DNA of 64,000 nucleotides, taken from Paragordius varius. Taxonomy: Eukaryota > Animalia > Nematomorpha. The notes under the pieces were generated by a model. That model did not search any database, was not told the DNA's origin, and saw only the letters and a list, made by a program, of their open reading frames with translations. The stretch lies in assembly GCA_964247055.1 (NCBI GenBank), contig OZ176054.1, positions 5,580,001 to 5,644,000 on the forward strand, read 5' to 3'. A program made the translations under genes and the position numbers. Shown here one piece after another: positions 37,507-51,079 of this stretch (the first letter of the stretch is position 1; every line of letters begins with the position of its first letter).

Positions 37507-39383
37507 TTACGATTGATGCGGATTACAAAATAAAAAATATTTGCAACAATCTAGCACATCTCTACGATAAATCTTGTTGCACAAAAAATTTATGTAAAAG
37601 GTAGAAGCAAAAAATAGATATTGTAGTAATGTTAAGAAAACGTACAAATCATTAACCACATCCTCGGATATAATATAAAGTAAGTTATCTATTAACATAT
37701 CTATTATACAAATCGGTAATCTAAATATAAAAAATTCGATTAACAATACATAAATGGTGATATTATGTTGTTTCATCTCTTGTGCGTAAGCGAGATTCGT
37801 AAATTTTTCTCTATTTTGTCTCCCGCGATATTTTTGAGAGGGGTAATGAAAAACCTTAAACTGTTTCCTTGCGGTTGAAATTGTGTTATTGGAGGGAAAT
37901 TCTTTGACACTTTGATTTTTTACAATGGTGTCAGAATCAATTTGTTCAATGGCTTGGCTATGTTCTACGCAAATAAGGTATAATGGGTTAGAAATTTTTA
38001 AAAGGCAGAGTTTAAATATTTATACTATTAATCAGTTTTATTTAACTTTAACCTCTCTTATTAACAAATAATATCATTAGGAAGCTATTTTAATTTAGAA
38101 ATCCTATATGTATATATTCTAGATATTATAATTGGTATATATTTTCCGTTATTTCCTCAAATTATTAATATTTTAATCAATATGTGAAATTGCCTCTATA
38201 ATTTTAACTGATTTAAAATATGATATAATTAATATAGTGTGTAAATCCAATATTTTCATTATAAAGTATAAACCGTTTAAATAGTCAGTTATTACGAATG
38301 GCTGATCTGATTTGTGGATATTTTGAACCTCACCTGAACTTTTTTTTAGTTTTTTTAAATAATATTTGTCAAAAGGGAAAAGGATTTTTTAAAGAGTAAT
38401 GATACTAAACTGTACATTTCTTCACAATTATCGCTCCAAATATACGTTTATCTCAATTTTATTGGCTTATGAAAGCTGGTGGACGCATTTTTATGAATAC
38501 TACCAATATTATGTAAAATTAAGGATTTACCTGTAAGAAATAGTTGAGTTCGTTGTTGTGGTATAATTCGCTTCCTACGGCGATGGACCACATAACATTT
38601 GATAGAAATTATGATAGACATTGGTATTATGTTAACAACCAACTCCCTGACCACATGATAAGCCACCCAAAGATTAAGTAATCGGGCCCTTCCAGGTATA
38701 AATATTTCTTGCACATATATTGTGTAGGGTAAGCTAGTATTATCTATTATACGGAGAGGTATGGCTCTATCATAGTAGGCTGAAATAGTTGAAGTGTTTG
38801 GGGTTATTGTAAACGTATCGACATAGAACCAAAGAGTTGTCGGTGCATACCATAAGGCATGATAAATGGCCGAGGTGCCGATAAATCCAATTAAGTATTT
38901 GGTTTTTAACAATGCCTCAATTCGGAACGGATATACAACCACCATGAGTTGGATGATGAAAGTTAACATAACGATGGAAAAAGTGAAAGAAATTAGAAAT
39001 TTGGACAGTGGAAACTGTACATAACTTAAATAGTAAAGCCATTGATACGAATTCCAAACCGTTTTACAACACAATCCAAGAACTCTTGTACGTATCAATG
39101 GAAGCGGAATTTGCATGCACAAAACTAGGATACTAAATATGTAAAATGTCCCAAAAAGTATATAATTAAGCCGAATCAAATTGTGTTTTTGACCAGTGCG
39201 TTTGGCTATACGATTTCCGATATTATGATAAATTTTTAAATTAAATATGAATGCTAATATATTACCGATCAAACCAAAAACCAAAATGAAATAAGTGAAT
39301 ATGAGGTTGAATAAAACAAGTTCTCGATTTGGCTGTTGCATATCCTTCATTTTAGAGTTGAATGATATATATTTTTTTAGCAA
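37507..39383 (-). CDS. Atypical rhodopsin-type (peptide receptor-like) GPCR, paralog A, 2 coding exons
   Basis: Exon 39383-38531 (TM1 GLIGN to TM5), phase-1 intron 38530-37965, exon 37964-37507 (TM6 FFIFRLP, TM7 QYLFFASTFYINF); spliced frame is open. Confidence 0.85.
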
Positions 39384-40611
39384 ATGACATGTACATTAAT
39401 ATTTTGGATTATTGTGATAACCGATAAATGCACACTTAGATAACAAAATTAAGAATTAATCCGCACCTAATTGCACGGATAATCTAATCTTATAACTTAT
39501 TCTTTGACAAATTTAACCAAGATTGACTTAACCATATTTTAAAAGGGATTAGAGATTCTATTTTTAACACCTTGCTAACTTACAAAATACAAGACATTAG
39601 ATGAGGATCTGAATAGGATTTTTTTAAAATCATTAATATTAATTAATAAAAAATACGTTATGCAAAAAATCAAAAATCAATTATTGTATAAAAAATGTTT
39701 TTGGTTGAAATTTTTATCGATTTTTTAAATCAATCTCTCACAAAATAATTAGCATTTAAATAATATGCAGAATAGACCATCTATAATAACCCCAGGAAAA
39801 TATACGACTCATTACTGCATGATGACCCTACTTTAACAAAACCTAAAAATATCTTTCTTATATGTGTAATTTAATATTTTCCTAATAAAAAGGTAAAATG
39901 ATTCTTTACTGATTGTTACACAATGCACCAAAAATTGTATCAAGATCATACCTTAGGTTTTGGGGGTGAGTTAGTTAAGAAAGTTATATCCTTTTTATCG
40001 TAGTTACATTGAAAATTTGCAAAATCAGCGCATTAACTATAATTTTGGAATAAAACTATGATAATATATTAAATATATTTTTATGTGAAAACCGAAAGTA
40101 TAACTTAAAATGGACGATAACTCTTTGTGCAACTGAAATTTTAAGCGTGCTAGATAACAGCACATTTAAAAAATGGTTTTGACAAAATGAAAGCGAATTT
40201 CATCCATTTTTATACTCACCAGTAACGGTATATAATACATTTTTACACATTTTGTTGCCAACATTTATCACCCCAGTTTTGATTAATTTTGATCGTTGCC
40301 AAATCTTTTCGAAATGTATATTATATTTTAATATTAATTTGACGTGTAACAAATCTTTACGATGATAGAAATGTTAAAAAGGCATTAAGTCATGTAAAAT
40401 TAATTTATGATATGTAATTATTTAAGATGTTTCCATGCTTTAAACTGAGAGTAAGCTTCGACAAAAGAATTTTTACATAGTTTAATTTGCGTTTTGGAGT
40501 TATAATATCATCTCAAATGCATTTTTTATTTAACCATCACGGTCCAATTTAACGGGTTTCTGATTTTGCTTCATAATTATTTTTATATATAATACATAAT
40601 ATATATATATA

Positions 40612-41845
40612 CACTGTGTGCAAAAAAGAGGGTCATTTTGATACAAAAAAAAATTTTTTTCATGAGATAGCTTATGACCAGCGTATTCATTTGCCGCTTT
40701 TTATTTGTTGACAACCCAGTTCTTGAAATATTGAGAAAAAATCGAAATCGGGCAAAAAGTGAAAATTAAGGATAATTCAAAAAATAATGATAAAATCTGA
40801 AATATTATCGTTTATTATCATTTTAGGAAATATTTTCAATATATAAATAGCCTAAAATCATATAGTTAGGGTTTCTATAAAATGTCAGGTCAAAAGATGG
40901 CGTTTTCTTTTATCACACAAAAGACAAAAAAAATTTAATGTATATTAAAATAATTTTTTTTATTATTTACTACCTAAACTCACTATTAAAATCATAACAT
41001 TCGTATTTTATTCAGAAAAATAAACTTCTAAATCAAAATAAAACCAAAAATATTGTTTGCATTTTTTTGTCATCTGGGTTATGAGTATATAAAAAATTTA
41101 TATTGTTTTATTTTGGATTCTTACATGATTAGGCAATATTAAGTACACAATTTATGCAAAATAGGATTAAAAAGTAGTAGAATATCAACCAACAATCCTT
41201 ACAATTTCCTGTAACACGTCTGTTTTATGACAAATTAATATTTGTATTGGGATTTGTAGGGATTGTTGGTTGATATTCCACTAATTTTCAATCCTATTTT
41301 GCATAAATTATATACGATTCCCACTCATTTAAGAATCCAAAATAAAAGAGTATAAATTTTTTATACACTCATAAACTAGATGACAAAAAATGCAAAAATA
41401 AAAAACAATATTTTTGGTTTTATTTTAATATAGAAGTTTATTTTCCTGAATAAAATATGAATATTAAGATTTTAATAGTGAGTTTAGGTAGTAAATAATT
41501 AAAAAAATTATTTTAATTTAGTTTCATTAAATTTATTTGTCTTTTATATGTGATAAAAGAAAACGCCATTTTTTGACCTGAAATTTTATAAAACCACTAA
41601 CTATATGATTAAGAGCTATTTTATATATTGAAAATATCTCCTAAAATGAAAACGATAATATTCAGATTTTATCATTATTTTTTGAATTATCCTTAATTTT
41701 CACTTTTTGCCCGATTTCGATTTTCGCTCAATATTTCAAAAACTAGGTTGTCAACAAATAAAAATTTTTGCGGCAAATGAATACCATGGTCAAAAGCTAT
41801 CTCATGAAAAAAAAATTTTTCGTTAAAATTTTTTTGCACACAGTG
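40612..41845. mobile_element. 1.23-kb foldback MITE with ~595-bp TIRs and TA TSD (Tc1/mariner-like ends)
   Basis: TA|CACTGTGTGCAAAAA ... TTTTTGCACACAGTG|TA; arms are reverse complements along their length around a ~40-bp spacer (~41210-41248). Confidence 0.88.
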
Positions 41846-42654
41846 TATATATATTAAGAAATTGTTTTTGGTTTCAATAAACTTCTAACGAATTTTTTAT
41901 AATGTGCGGTAAATTGCGTTTAGAAATTTCGTTTTTACAAAAGTGCTTTTATAGATTTAATAGATATATTTTGTTATTAGTGGGGGAGAACTTTTAATTG
42001 TTGTGTTTTTCTACGAAAACTTATTTTAAATGGTGAGGTAACAGTTAAGTAATATATATTAACTAAAACACTTATTATATAAATTTTATTAATTTATTGA
42101 ATAAAGTAAAATAAATATTTGATTTATATATTCGTATGTTGGAATAATATAGCAATGATAATTATAGATGTATTAGAAATTTGAATTTAAAACTGCGCAA
42201 TATTAATGTAGATAGATCATAAGTGACTAGAAATGATGGATATAGAAAGATATTTTTTTAATTGTATTAATTCCAACGTGTATAACATAGGCAGTTAATT
42301 TGAGTGCATATTATGATTACGATGGTGAATTGTTCTGTTTCTGTGAAATAGATGTATTTTAAAAATTTAAGAATAAACACTAATAACAAATTTTGAAAAA
42401 TGTAGAGCGCAAAAATGTGGTATGATTATTAAGTTTAGCATCTCTATAATTAATAATTCTGCCCTTGAATTTTAAATTATTCGGAAATATTACAATTGGA
42501 CAAAAATTAAAAAATATTGTAATTATCATCATTTTTAATTTTAAATAATATCGGAATATATATCTCAAAAAGAGCCCTTTATAATTTAAACTTTGTCTTC
42601 GCACAAATTTTACCAAAACCCAAAAGTCAAACCTTTTTATATTATGTGTATCCA

Positions 42655-45600
42655 TCACTCTTCTACCAACATTGAATCAATGTTTCTATTTGCATTTTTG
42701 AAATGGCGAGCCTTTTGCAAACTTATCGTTCGAGTCTTGTCCTGAGCCATCATTTCAGCCTGTTTATCTCGTTTGGAAACTTCGAAAGAGCCAGAAAGTC
42801 CATTAGCTCCATCAAAAGCATTGTATGAAAGAGATGGGCCAAGGTTAAATAAATGACGAATTCCGTCATTGTCCTACATGTAGTTAGATAAATGACAAAA
42901 TTTATAATTTACATTTGGTAACGACCATTAAATTAAACAATCGCTCCAAGTTTTTTTTGAAAAATAAAAAGTGATTTTTAAAAAACATATATTGTTATAA
43001 ATTATCACAATTCATCCAATATTTGTAAAAAGTATAAATAAATATTTGAAAACATACACGAAGATGTATAACCGCTCCATGTCCCAAAATCAAACAAAGG
43101 ATTTCATATTGGATAACATCAATCCAGGATTCCAATTTGATATTTTCCTCTTTGGTTCCGCGTCCAATTCTATATAAAATTACATAATTTATAATGTCCA
43201 ACCATTTATAACACTTCCTTTAAATCTATTAAATTTTTTTGTAATACCTAATGTTTTCCATTTTGAATCCATTCTTTTCGTCTCGGTGTTCTAGGAGAAA
43301 AGTATTTTCAACAGGATTATCTGCCTTAATTTGCGTAAGGTTTATAGCAGGGTTATTGGTAACAGATATCTTGGTAGTTTCAAGAGGTGGGGACTCACTG
43401 CAAAATATGAAGGATATGAATAATAACTAAATGCTGATATTATCTTGATATAATCTAGCTTTTCAAAATAAAATACCGTAACTGAATAATCGCAGATTAT
43501 GTAAAAAAATCGGTCAAGATACCATCATCATGAATGTGAATTTTATCATGACTCAGTTTAAAATTAATTTTTAAAATAATAACACAATATTTAAAAAATT
43601 TGTCAAGGATATTATTATATATAAATTTTCCTTATTTTTGATTTAAAAAACCCATATATAATCAAATAATTAGTAAATACGGAATATCAGATAATTGGTC
43701 TTCCTGTGGCGATTTAGTTTCGATGCTGGAAATCGTAGAAACATTATTTCCGACAGTGCCGTTATGATGTCCTCCATCATTCATTGATAGAGCATGTTGA
43801 AAAGTTTGCAAAATACGTCGAAATAGATTACGGGAGACGCGCTGTTCGCGTTTAGAGGTATATTTTGGGTTATCGGCAACCAAGGCCGTTAATATCGCCA
43901 CAATTTCTGTCAAATAGTTGGCAGGACTTTGTTGTGGCACTACATAAATTATACGATACCAAATTCAATAATTTTGCAAATGTTTTATGTTGGCAATTAA
44001 ATAGTTTTTAAGATAATAATTTTCATATAACATATATATTATTGTAATAAATAAAAAATACTCCGGTTATAATATCTCACTCTGTTAATTATATGCTCCT
44101 GGGCCAAATTAAATTCTAAAATATGTTTTATATTTGTATTTGGCATGATGTATAAATTTGAGGTCTTAAGGACTCAATTTTAGTAAAAATTGTAATAACA
44201 CAGAAAAAATGATACACTATGCTCAAATCATATATTAAATATCAAATATTGGCCATAATTCATTTCTAAAGAGAATTTAGGATATTCGATAATGTTAAAG
44301 ATCGAATTTAAAGCCTTTAAGGGGAAATCTAATGGTATATGCATAGCATACAGAGGTGTCCAACACAAATGGCTTCGCGGGCCTTATTTTACAAAATATA
44401 TGAGTATAACAGAAATTTTACATTTTAGGAACAAAACTGTGAAACCTACTATTAATTATAACAATTTTTGGTACATTGCCAAAATTCAGAGAAAAATAAT
44501 CGGGAAATCTGTTTAAAATCTTTTCTTAGATTAGATAAAATTTTGTATTCAGATTTCTCGCAGGCTACAGACTTACTTTGGAGGGCCGCGTGTTGGACAC
44601 CATTGGCTTAGTATATAACAATAGAATATTAAAAAACTAATAGAAAATGACATATTTATTTAACCAAAAAAAAATATTAAAATCAACAAAGATGGTCGAT
44701 GTATAATAAAATTGCTAAACGCTATAAAAATAGCAAGGGCAGTCTCTCGCTACTACACCTAAAAACTACAATTATAAATAGTGCAACTTCAATAAAACCT
44801 CCAGAATCTGTGGTAGATTGTAGGGGTTTTGAAAAAAGATCAGGATAAATTTCATAGCAGATAGCTAAGCATTCACACGCAGCCATTTTAATTGGTAGTG
44901 GAATAGATGAAGTTAACTCCAAGTTGAGAGGTTTTTGTAGGAGATAAGGTACAATTCTATTATATAAAATGATTGATAAAAAAATGGTGTTACAAAATAT
45001 TAATTAACCAATTTAGCAAAATTATGTCTTTTCTAATTTTATCTACACGTAATCCTTTGACTTGGATAATTATTTTTTAAACAAAAATTATAACTTTTCA
45101 ATAATAGGTTTAGCTTGTGTCCTATCCATTGCAGTAATAAGAAGAGACCAACAATTCAAAGCACGAGCACGAAAGTCGGCGATTCTGTTTTTTTAGATTG
45201 TCAAAAGTAATAATAGTAAATATTTGGGTGTAATTGCAATTATTAAACATAAATTATGAAATAAAAATTTTCATATTTACCTTATTTTATACATATACTA
45301 TAATGTAAAATTGTAATTGAATGTTAAGGCAAACATTTAAAATAATGTAATATAAATTCAAATGACATTGCTATTTTGTTGATAAATTATATAAAGTAAA
45401 CAATATATCTTTTTAAAAACGCAAATTTGGGTTCTCATATGAGTTTAAATAAAGGTAATAATAAGTTGTATAAATAATATAATTTTGGTTTGCCGAAGTT
45501 TATATAAGAACATTTTTCAAGTGTTTAATTCTAATTTTCGAATTAACGTAACTTTTTTCTTTCACACAAAATACACCAAATTAGCTGTTTGGCTTTAAAA

Positions 45601-47864
45601 CTAAAAATTTTGAAAAAACAAACAAAAAAGCATGATAAAAGTAAATATGGCATATATATCATTAAATTAACCTTATTCATATTTATTATATGCAATCACA
45701 GTAACAAGCCATATAAATATCTATGGGTTATATTGGTGAATTAAACAAAAAAATTACGCTTTCACATATATTTAATTATCTCTCTTTTTGCCCCAATAAA
45801 TCTATAAAGCCAATCATACATCTTAATTACTTTCATAAAGACAAAACGTAAAAACTAAAGGACAAATTTTTTTTAACCTGGATTTTTTTAATATGACTCA
45901 TAGTTTTGGGTGGTAAAATAAAGAGACAGAGAGTATATTGGTACAACTTAATTACATTTTAGTAATGATGAATTTTATGTAGAAAAAATCAAAGTTAAAA
46001 AAATGCCTGCCGTTACAATAAAAATATTTGTCGTTATAATTTTACTATGAATATAACAAATGAAAAATAAAAAAATAATTACTTTTCATTAGATTTCTCC
46101 TCAGCTTCGGTGTGTAAAGGGACATGGATAAACATATCTCTATCCTTAGCCTTAGGGACAGTGGCGGCCTTTTGTTGTGTTCGAAAACATTCTTCCAAAA
46201 CTTCTAAGGTATCAGGCACATCTTGGATTCTAATATCAGATTCCGGTCCGCAAGCCTGACACACGAGATACGTGCAAAACGTATGGGTGAGTAAACAAGC
46301 TTCCCTTACCTAAATAACATAACATCCAACGTCATTAGATAATATTTAATCGTTTTGTCTAGGATTTATAAATTTCAAACGGCTTAAAAATGGACTAAAA
46401 TTTGAATGTTTGACATTTTATTTTTGCTTAGATTTAGCGGTAAAAATTCCGTAATACTTAATATTTTTGCGAAATTGTGTGTTTAGACCGGTAAAAAAGT
46501 AAACTTTTATATTGTTGCGAAAAAACTTGTCATTAAAAGACAAACCCCTATTCCTGCATATTTACAATTTTGAACTATTAAATTGCGTAAGCTAAACCAT
46601 TAATATGGGTTTTTCAAATACTGAACATTCATTTTTGACTAATAATATATTTTAACAAGGCAAAAACAGTAACAAAGTATGCGACGTCAAGCAAAAAATC
46701 CATATTATATCTACTCTATATAACCTACATAATATAAATAGGCTACCAGAAGACAATTTTAACAAATATGTGTTTTTAATTATATTTACAGTTAGAGTTT
46801 ACAGGGATGCCCAACACGCTTACGCAAAAGTCCTCTAAAAAATGTTAAAAAATAAAAAGGGATTTCAATTAAAATTTATGATTATTTAGAAGATATGCCA
46901 TTCAAAATTGCCCTCAAAATAAATAAAATAACCAAAAATTTTCAAAACAATCGCTAACATATATGTGTTGGGCCCCTCTGGTTTAAACGCTTTAAAAATA
47001 ATATACAATCGCCATACCACAAAACAATGCAAATATAGTATGTAACTAAATAAAATGATTAACATTAATCAATAAAAATTAAGAAATATTTAACACTTTC
47101 ACACTGATTATATATTTTATGTCAAATTTATGCTTTTTAAACTTAGAGTAAAACAGTGTTGGTTTTTATATTTAATACTACCATATCCATTAAACAAATG
47201 TTTATAAAATTTCAGTGAATTATTACAGTTATTCTAGCGGTTATTGAAAATCGCTCATCAAATTAATTAAGCCAAAAACATTTTTATCTCCTTATATTTA
47301 CCTGAGTATCGTTTGATTTAAATTTGTATATTTCTGCAAGCATGGGACTAATCTGATTCCAATACAAGGCAACATCAGGCGAGAAAAAAAATATTTGAGT
47401 AAAAACTAATGAAATATTGAAGGCAGCCAAAACCCTTTCTCGAGGGGATTGTGTTCGCTTGACACATTTTTCCAAAGATGATAAAATATCCATTTTTCTA
47501 AAATATAATTATAATAATATGAATACCTTGAATCAATTATTTCTGGAATATAATGGGATGACAAAATGTTCCGCAATTGTTCCAAAGCGGGAATACGGAC
47601 ATTTACACTTTTGTTCGTCAAATCTTCGCAAACTGCAAATAACTTGTCCTCCAGAGAAACCTCTGTTTCAACTTCATTATCTAGAATATTAAATAAGTAA
47701 ATACCTTCAGCTAATTTAGTATCGGGAATACTTGATACTCCCCAAAGATCACTGATTGAGCTAGTTTCGCTAATATCATCAAGGTTGTGGTTTGCCAATT
47801 CCATTTTATTAATAACTAAAAATAAAAATGTATATTTACCCTTTTTTCGTATCTTTTTGCCCAT
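42655..47864 (-). CDS. IFRD1: Interferon-related developmental regulator (IFRD1/2-like), 10 exons
   Basis: Exons 47864-47840, 47815-47527, 47497-47302, 46309-46083, 45184-45095, 44956-~44799, 43939-43681, 43397-43248, 43169-43058, 42873-42655, all phases consistent; motifs EDKL..LTNKS..R..ALE, SLEKCVK, WSLLIT, KMAACECLA, KREQR..RNLFRRIL, LFNLGP, KxRxxxxxKAR. Orthology to IFRD1 versus IFRD2 cannot be resolved here. Confidence 0.88.
44351..44605. mobile_element. Buster/Charlie-type hAT MITE in an IFRD intron
   Basis: TIRs CAGAGGTGTCCAACAC / GTGTTGGACACCATTG; subterminal GGGCCGCG. Confidence 0.75.
46802..46980. mobile_element. Short Buster-like MITE remnant in an IFRD intron
   Basis: CAGGGATGCCCAACAC / GTGTTGGGCCCCTCTG inverted ends. 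Confidence 0.55.
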
Positions 47865-48297
47865 TTTATTGATTATTTACCTTAATTTCTGCCAATTTTT
47901 TTACATATGTGGATTGTGTTTGTAATTTCAATCATTTGTTTTACCTATTTTTATAGTGAATTCATAGTACATTTTTAAAATAAATTTATTTTTTAATAAA
48001 ATCAATTTTATTTGTAAGCAAATAATTTTCCTGATAAAATGAAGTTTGTCTAAGATTACTTTCCACTACAAAGACAAACGTCAAACCCTTATTAGCTATG
48101 ACTAGGGTTGTGCATTTGACTGCTTTATCAAAAAAGTCTGGTCAGACCCAATCAGACCATGGTCATGACCACTGTATACTTAAGTAAGTATCATGCGATA
48201 TTGGATTGTCAAAATAATGTTCAGATTACACTTGCGTTTCCCTAATAATGTCATTTTTTAAAAAGTTTGTAATATACATTTTTTTATTTATTATTAA

Positions 48298-49416
48298 CAC
48301 TTGGATACAACACATTCCTTTTAGTCCTTCGATTTAAATTGGGGTAACTAAATACAGACCTGTTTAAAACTAAATTCTTTAAAAATACGTAAGGAATAGA
48401 AACCATGGCAAATTGCACCTGTATAACAATAAACCGAAATATATAAAAAAATTTTTAAAAAACTTGATATTACATATTTTAAGCTAAAACCGAAAGGTAA
48501 AAATTTAGTCAACCTGACATGCGTGCAATGGTAAAATTGAAAAATAATACAACATAAACAGCTTTTTCTATTTCTATCAATGTTAGATGTAAAAATAAAA
48601 AATTAGCTTTAACACTTGGATACAACACACTCATTTTGATCCTTCGATTCAAATTGGGGTAGTTGGATACCTCAGGCCTGTTTAAAATCAAAAACTTTTA
48701 AAAGTATGGAAGGAATCGAAATCATGGCAAAGTTTTGCACTTATATGGCATTAATAAACCGTAGTATATAAAAAATTTCATTTAAAAATACTTGATAATA
48801 CTTATTTTAAACTGAAACCGAAAGGTGAAAATTCGTCAACGTGGCATGTGTGAAATTAATCAATATATAATACAAAATATACCGCTCTTTCTAATTCTAT
48901 CAATGTTAGATGTAATTTAAATAAAAAATTAGTTTTAATTTTACCCTTAAAATTATATGACGATATTTTGCAAAAAATTTGTAAAATAAAAATGGCGTCG
49001 AAGTAGTTTGACATGACACTTTTTTTTCAAAACAAAATTTCATTAAGATATTTTGGCATATTTATATAATTTTTATTAGGATAGAAGCATTAATTTAAAT
49101 TGGGAGCGTTTCCTTCAGTAGTTTTTTTAAAAATTTAATTTAAATTTAGTCTGGGGTATTTGGATACCCCAATTTGAATCGAAGTGTTAAATGAAGACGA
49201 TATTTTGCAAAAATTTTGTAAAATAAAAATGGCGTCGAAGTAGTTTGACATGGAACATTTTTTTCAAAACAATTTATTTAGATATTTTGGTATATTTATA
49301 TATAATTATTATTAGGATAGAAGCATAAATTTAAATTAAAACCGTTTCCTTCAGTAGTTTTTGAAAAATCTTAACTTAAATTTAGTCTGGGGTATACCCC
49401 AAATCGAATCGAAGTG
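48298..49416. mobile_element. piggyBac-like MITE (outer, split) with nested copy 48613-49186
   Basis: TTAA at 48294-97, 48609-12, 49187-90 and 49417-20; inner copy is 574 bp with both ends; outer halves continue the family sequence across the insertion. Confidence 0.85.
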
Positions 49417-49761
49417 TTAAATTGAGACCGTGTTCATCAGTAGTTTTTAAATTCCTAACTCAAATTTATTCTGGGGTATTTAGCCCCAATTCGAATCGAA
49501 GTGATATATTTTCAATCAAATTTAATCAAGGAATTATTTTTAAAAGAATTTTGTCACATTTTTGTGGCCTTCAAATCTTCAAATACATAGCTTTTAATAC
49601 TGGATAATTTAAATAAAATTTTACCTAGTTTGATTTACATCATCTTTATAATATCCAATTATAGGATGTTTGTCATCATATTGGTTCACTTATATGAGAT
49701 AATTGCATATTTTGCAAAGTGTTTGATTGTTTTGTTTTTCGAAATAGCTGGATATGCTTAA

Positions 49762-50300
49762 CACATCGATTCAAATTGGGGTATCTAAATACCCCAGAGT
49801 AAATTTGAATCAGGATATTTTTAAAACTACTGAAAGAAACGGTCCCAATCTAAATTTATGCTTCTATCCTAATAAATATTATATAAATATGCCAAAATAT
49901 GTAAATAAAATTTTGTTTTGAAAAAAAATGTCCATGTCAAACTACTTCGACGCCATTTTTATTTTAAAATTTTTTTGCAAAATATCCTTTTATTTTAATT
50001 TTAAGGGTAAAAATTAAAACTAATTTTTTATTTAAATAACATTTAACATTGATAGAAATAGAAAAAACGGTTTATTTTGTTTTATTTTTCAATTTTACCA
50101 TTGCACACGTGTCACGTTGACTAAATTTTTACCTTTTGGTTTTAGCTTAAAATAAGTGATATCAAGTATTTTTGAATGATTTTTTTTATATATTTCGGTT
50201 TATTAATGTTATATAAGTGCAAAATTTTGCCTTGGTTTCAATTCCTTCCATATTTTTTAAATTTAATTTTAAACAGGCTTGGGTATTTAACTACCCCAAT
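49762..50300. mobile_element. piggyBac-like MITE, opposite orientation, one end truncated
   Basis: TTAA|CACATCGATTCAAATTGGGGTATC start; sequence stops after the inner subterminal repeat. Confidence 0.8.
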
Positions 50301-51079
50301 TATGTCAAACTGCTTTGGAATCAGTATTATGTCCTATGACAAAACAAACACTCTTTTTGCATATTAAAAAATTTTGGTTAGTACTACTAATTCAGGGCAT
50401 ATTTTTTGTATCCTCACTCTTTTTTAAGCTCGTACTATTTTCATGCTGTGCGCAAATAATATAAACGAAGACTTATATCATTACACAGTGTTTACAAAAA
50501 AATACCGTGAAATATATATATATATATATATAATAAGGAAAATGTATCAGTATTATCTTGGTGGTTTTGGTCCTAACGAGTGATTAAGGAAAATTTTTAC
50601 ACTTTTATGATATTTTATATTAGATAATAGAAATGTAATTTGTTTGGGGAAACCCAAATTAACTCCAAAAAATATCACTAATAGATAGGATAAAATACAT
50701 ATAAATAACAAAATAATATTCTTTAGAGATTTTAATTTTTAGATGTGGGCTACGAAAGTAAGAATTTTTTTCACTCCTCTGAAATTAGCTAGATTTGCTT
50801 CGAACGCATAAATGTTGAGATTGCAGGGTATAAAATTAAAATTTAAATATTGATATAATTAAAAATTTATTCTCAAATTGTGTTACGGTGTGCTTCATAT
50901 TATTTTGAGGATAATGAAAATGGTAAAAAGTTGTAAGATATTATAAACACTTTATCTATTGGACATTACTATCACCTTACAATTTTGATCAATATTCGTT
51001 AATTTTCAAATTTATGGTAAATATAAATATTTTTCTTACAAAAACTCACTATTTGAAAGCAAATGATCCTTTGATAGAA

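Noticed and set aside
48090-48180. Overlapping palindromes GACCATGGTC/GGTCATGACC and a CCAAT upstream of IFRD
   Set aside because: Short motifs with no independent evidence of promoter function.
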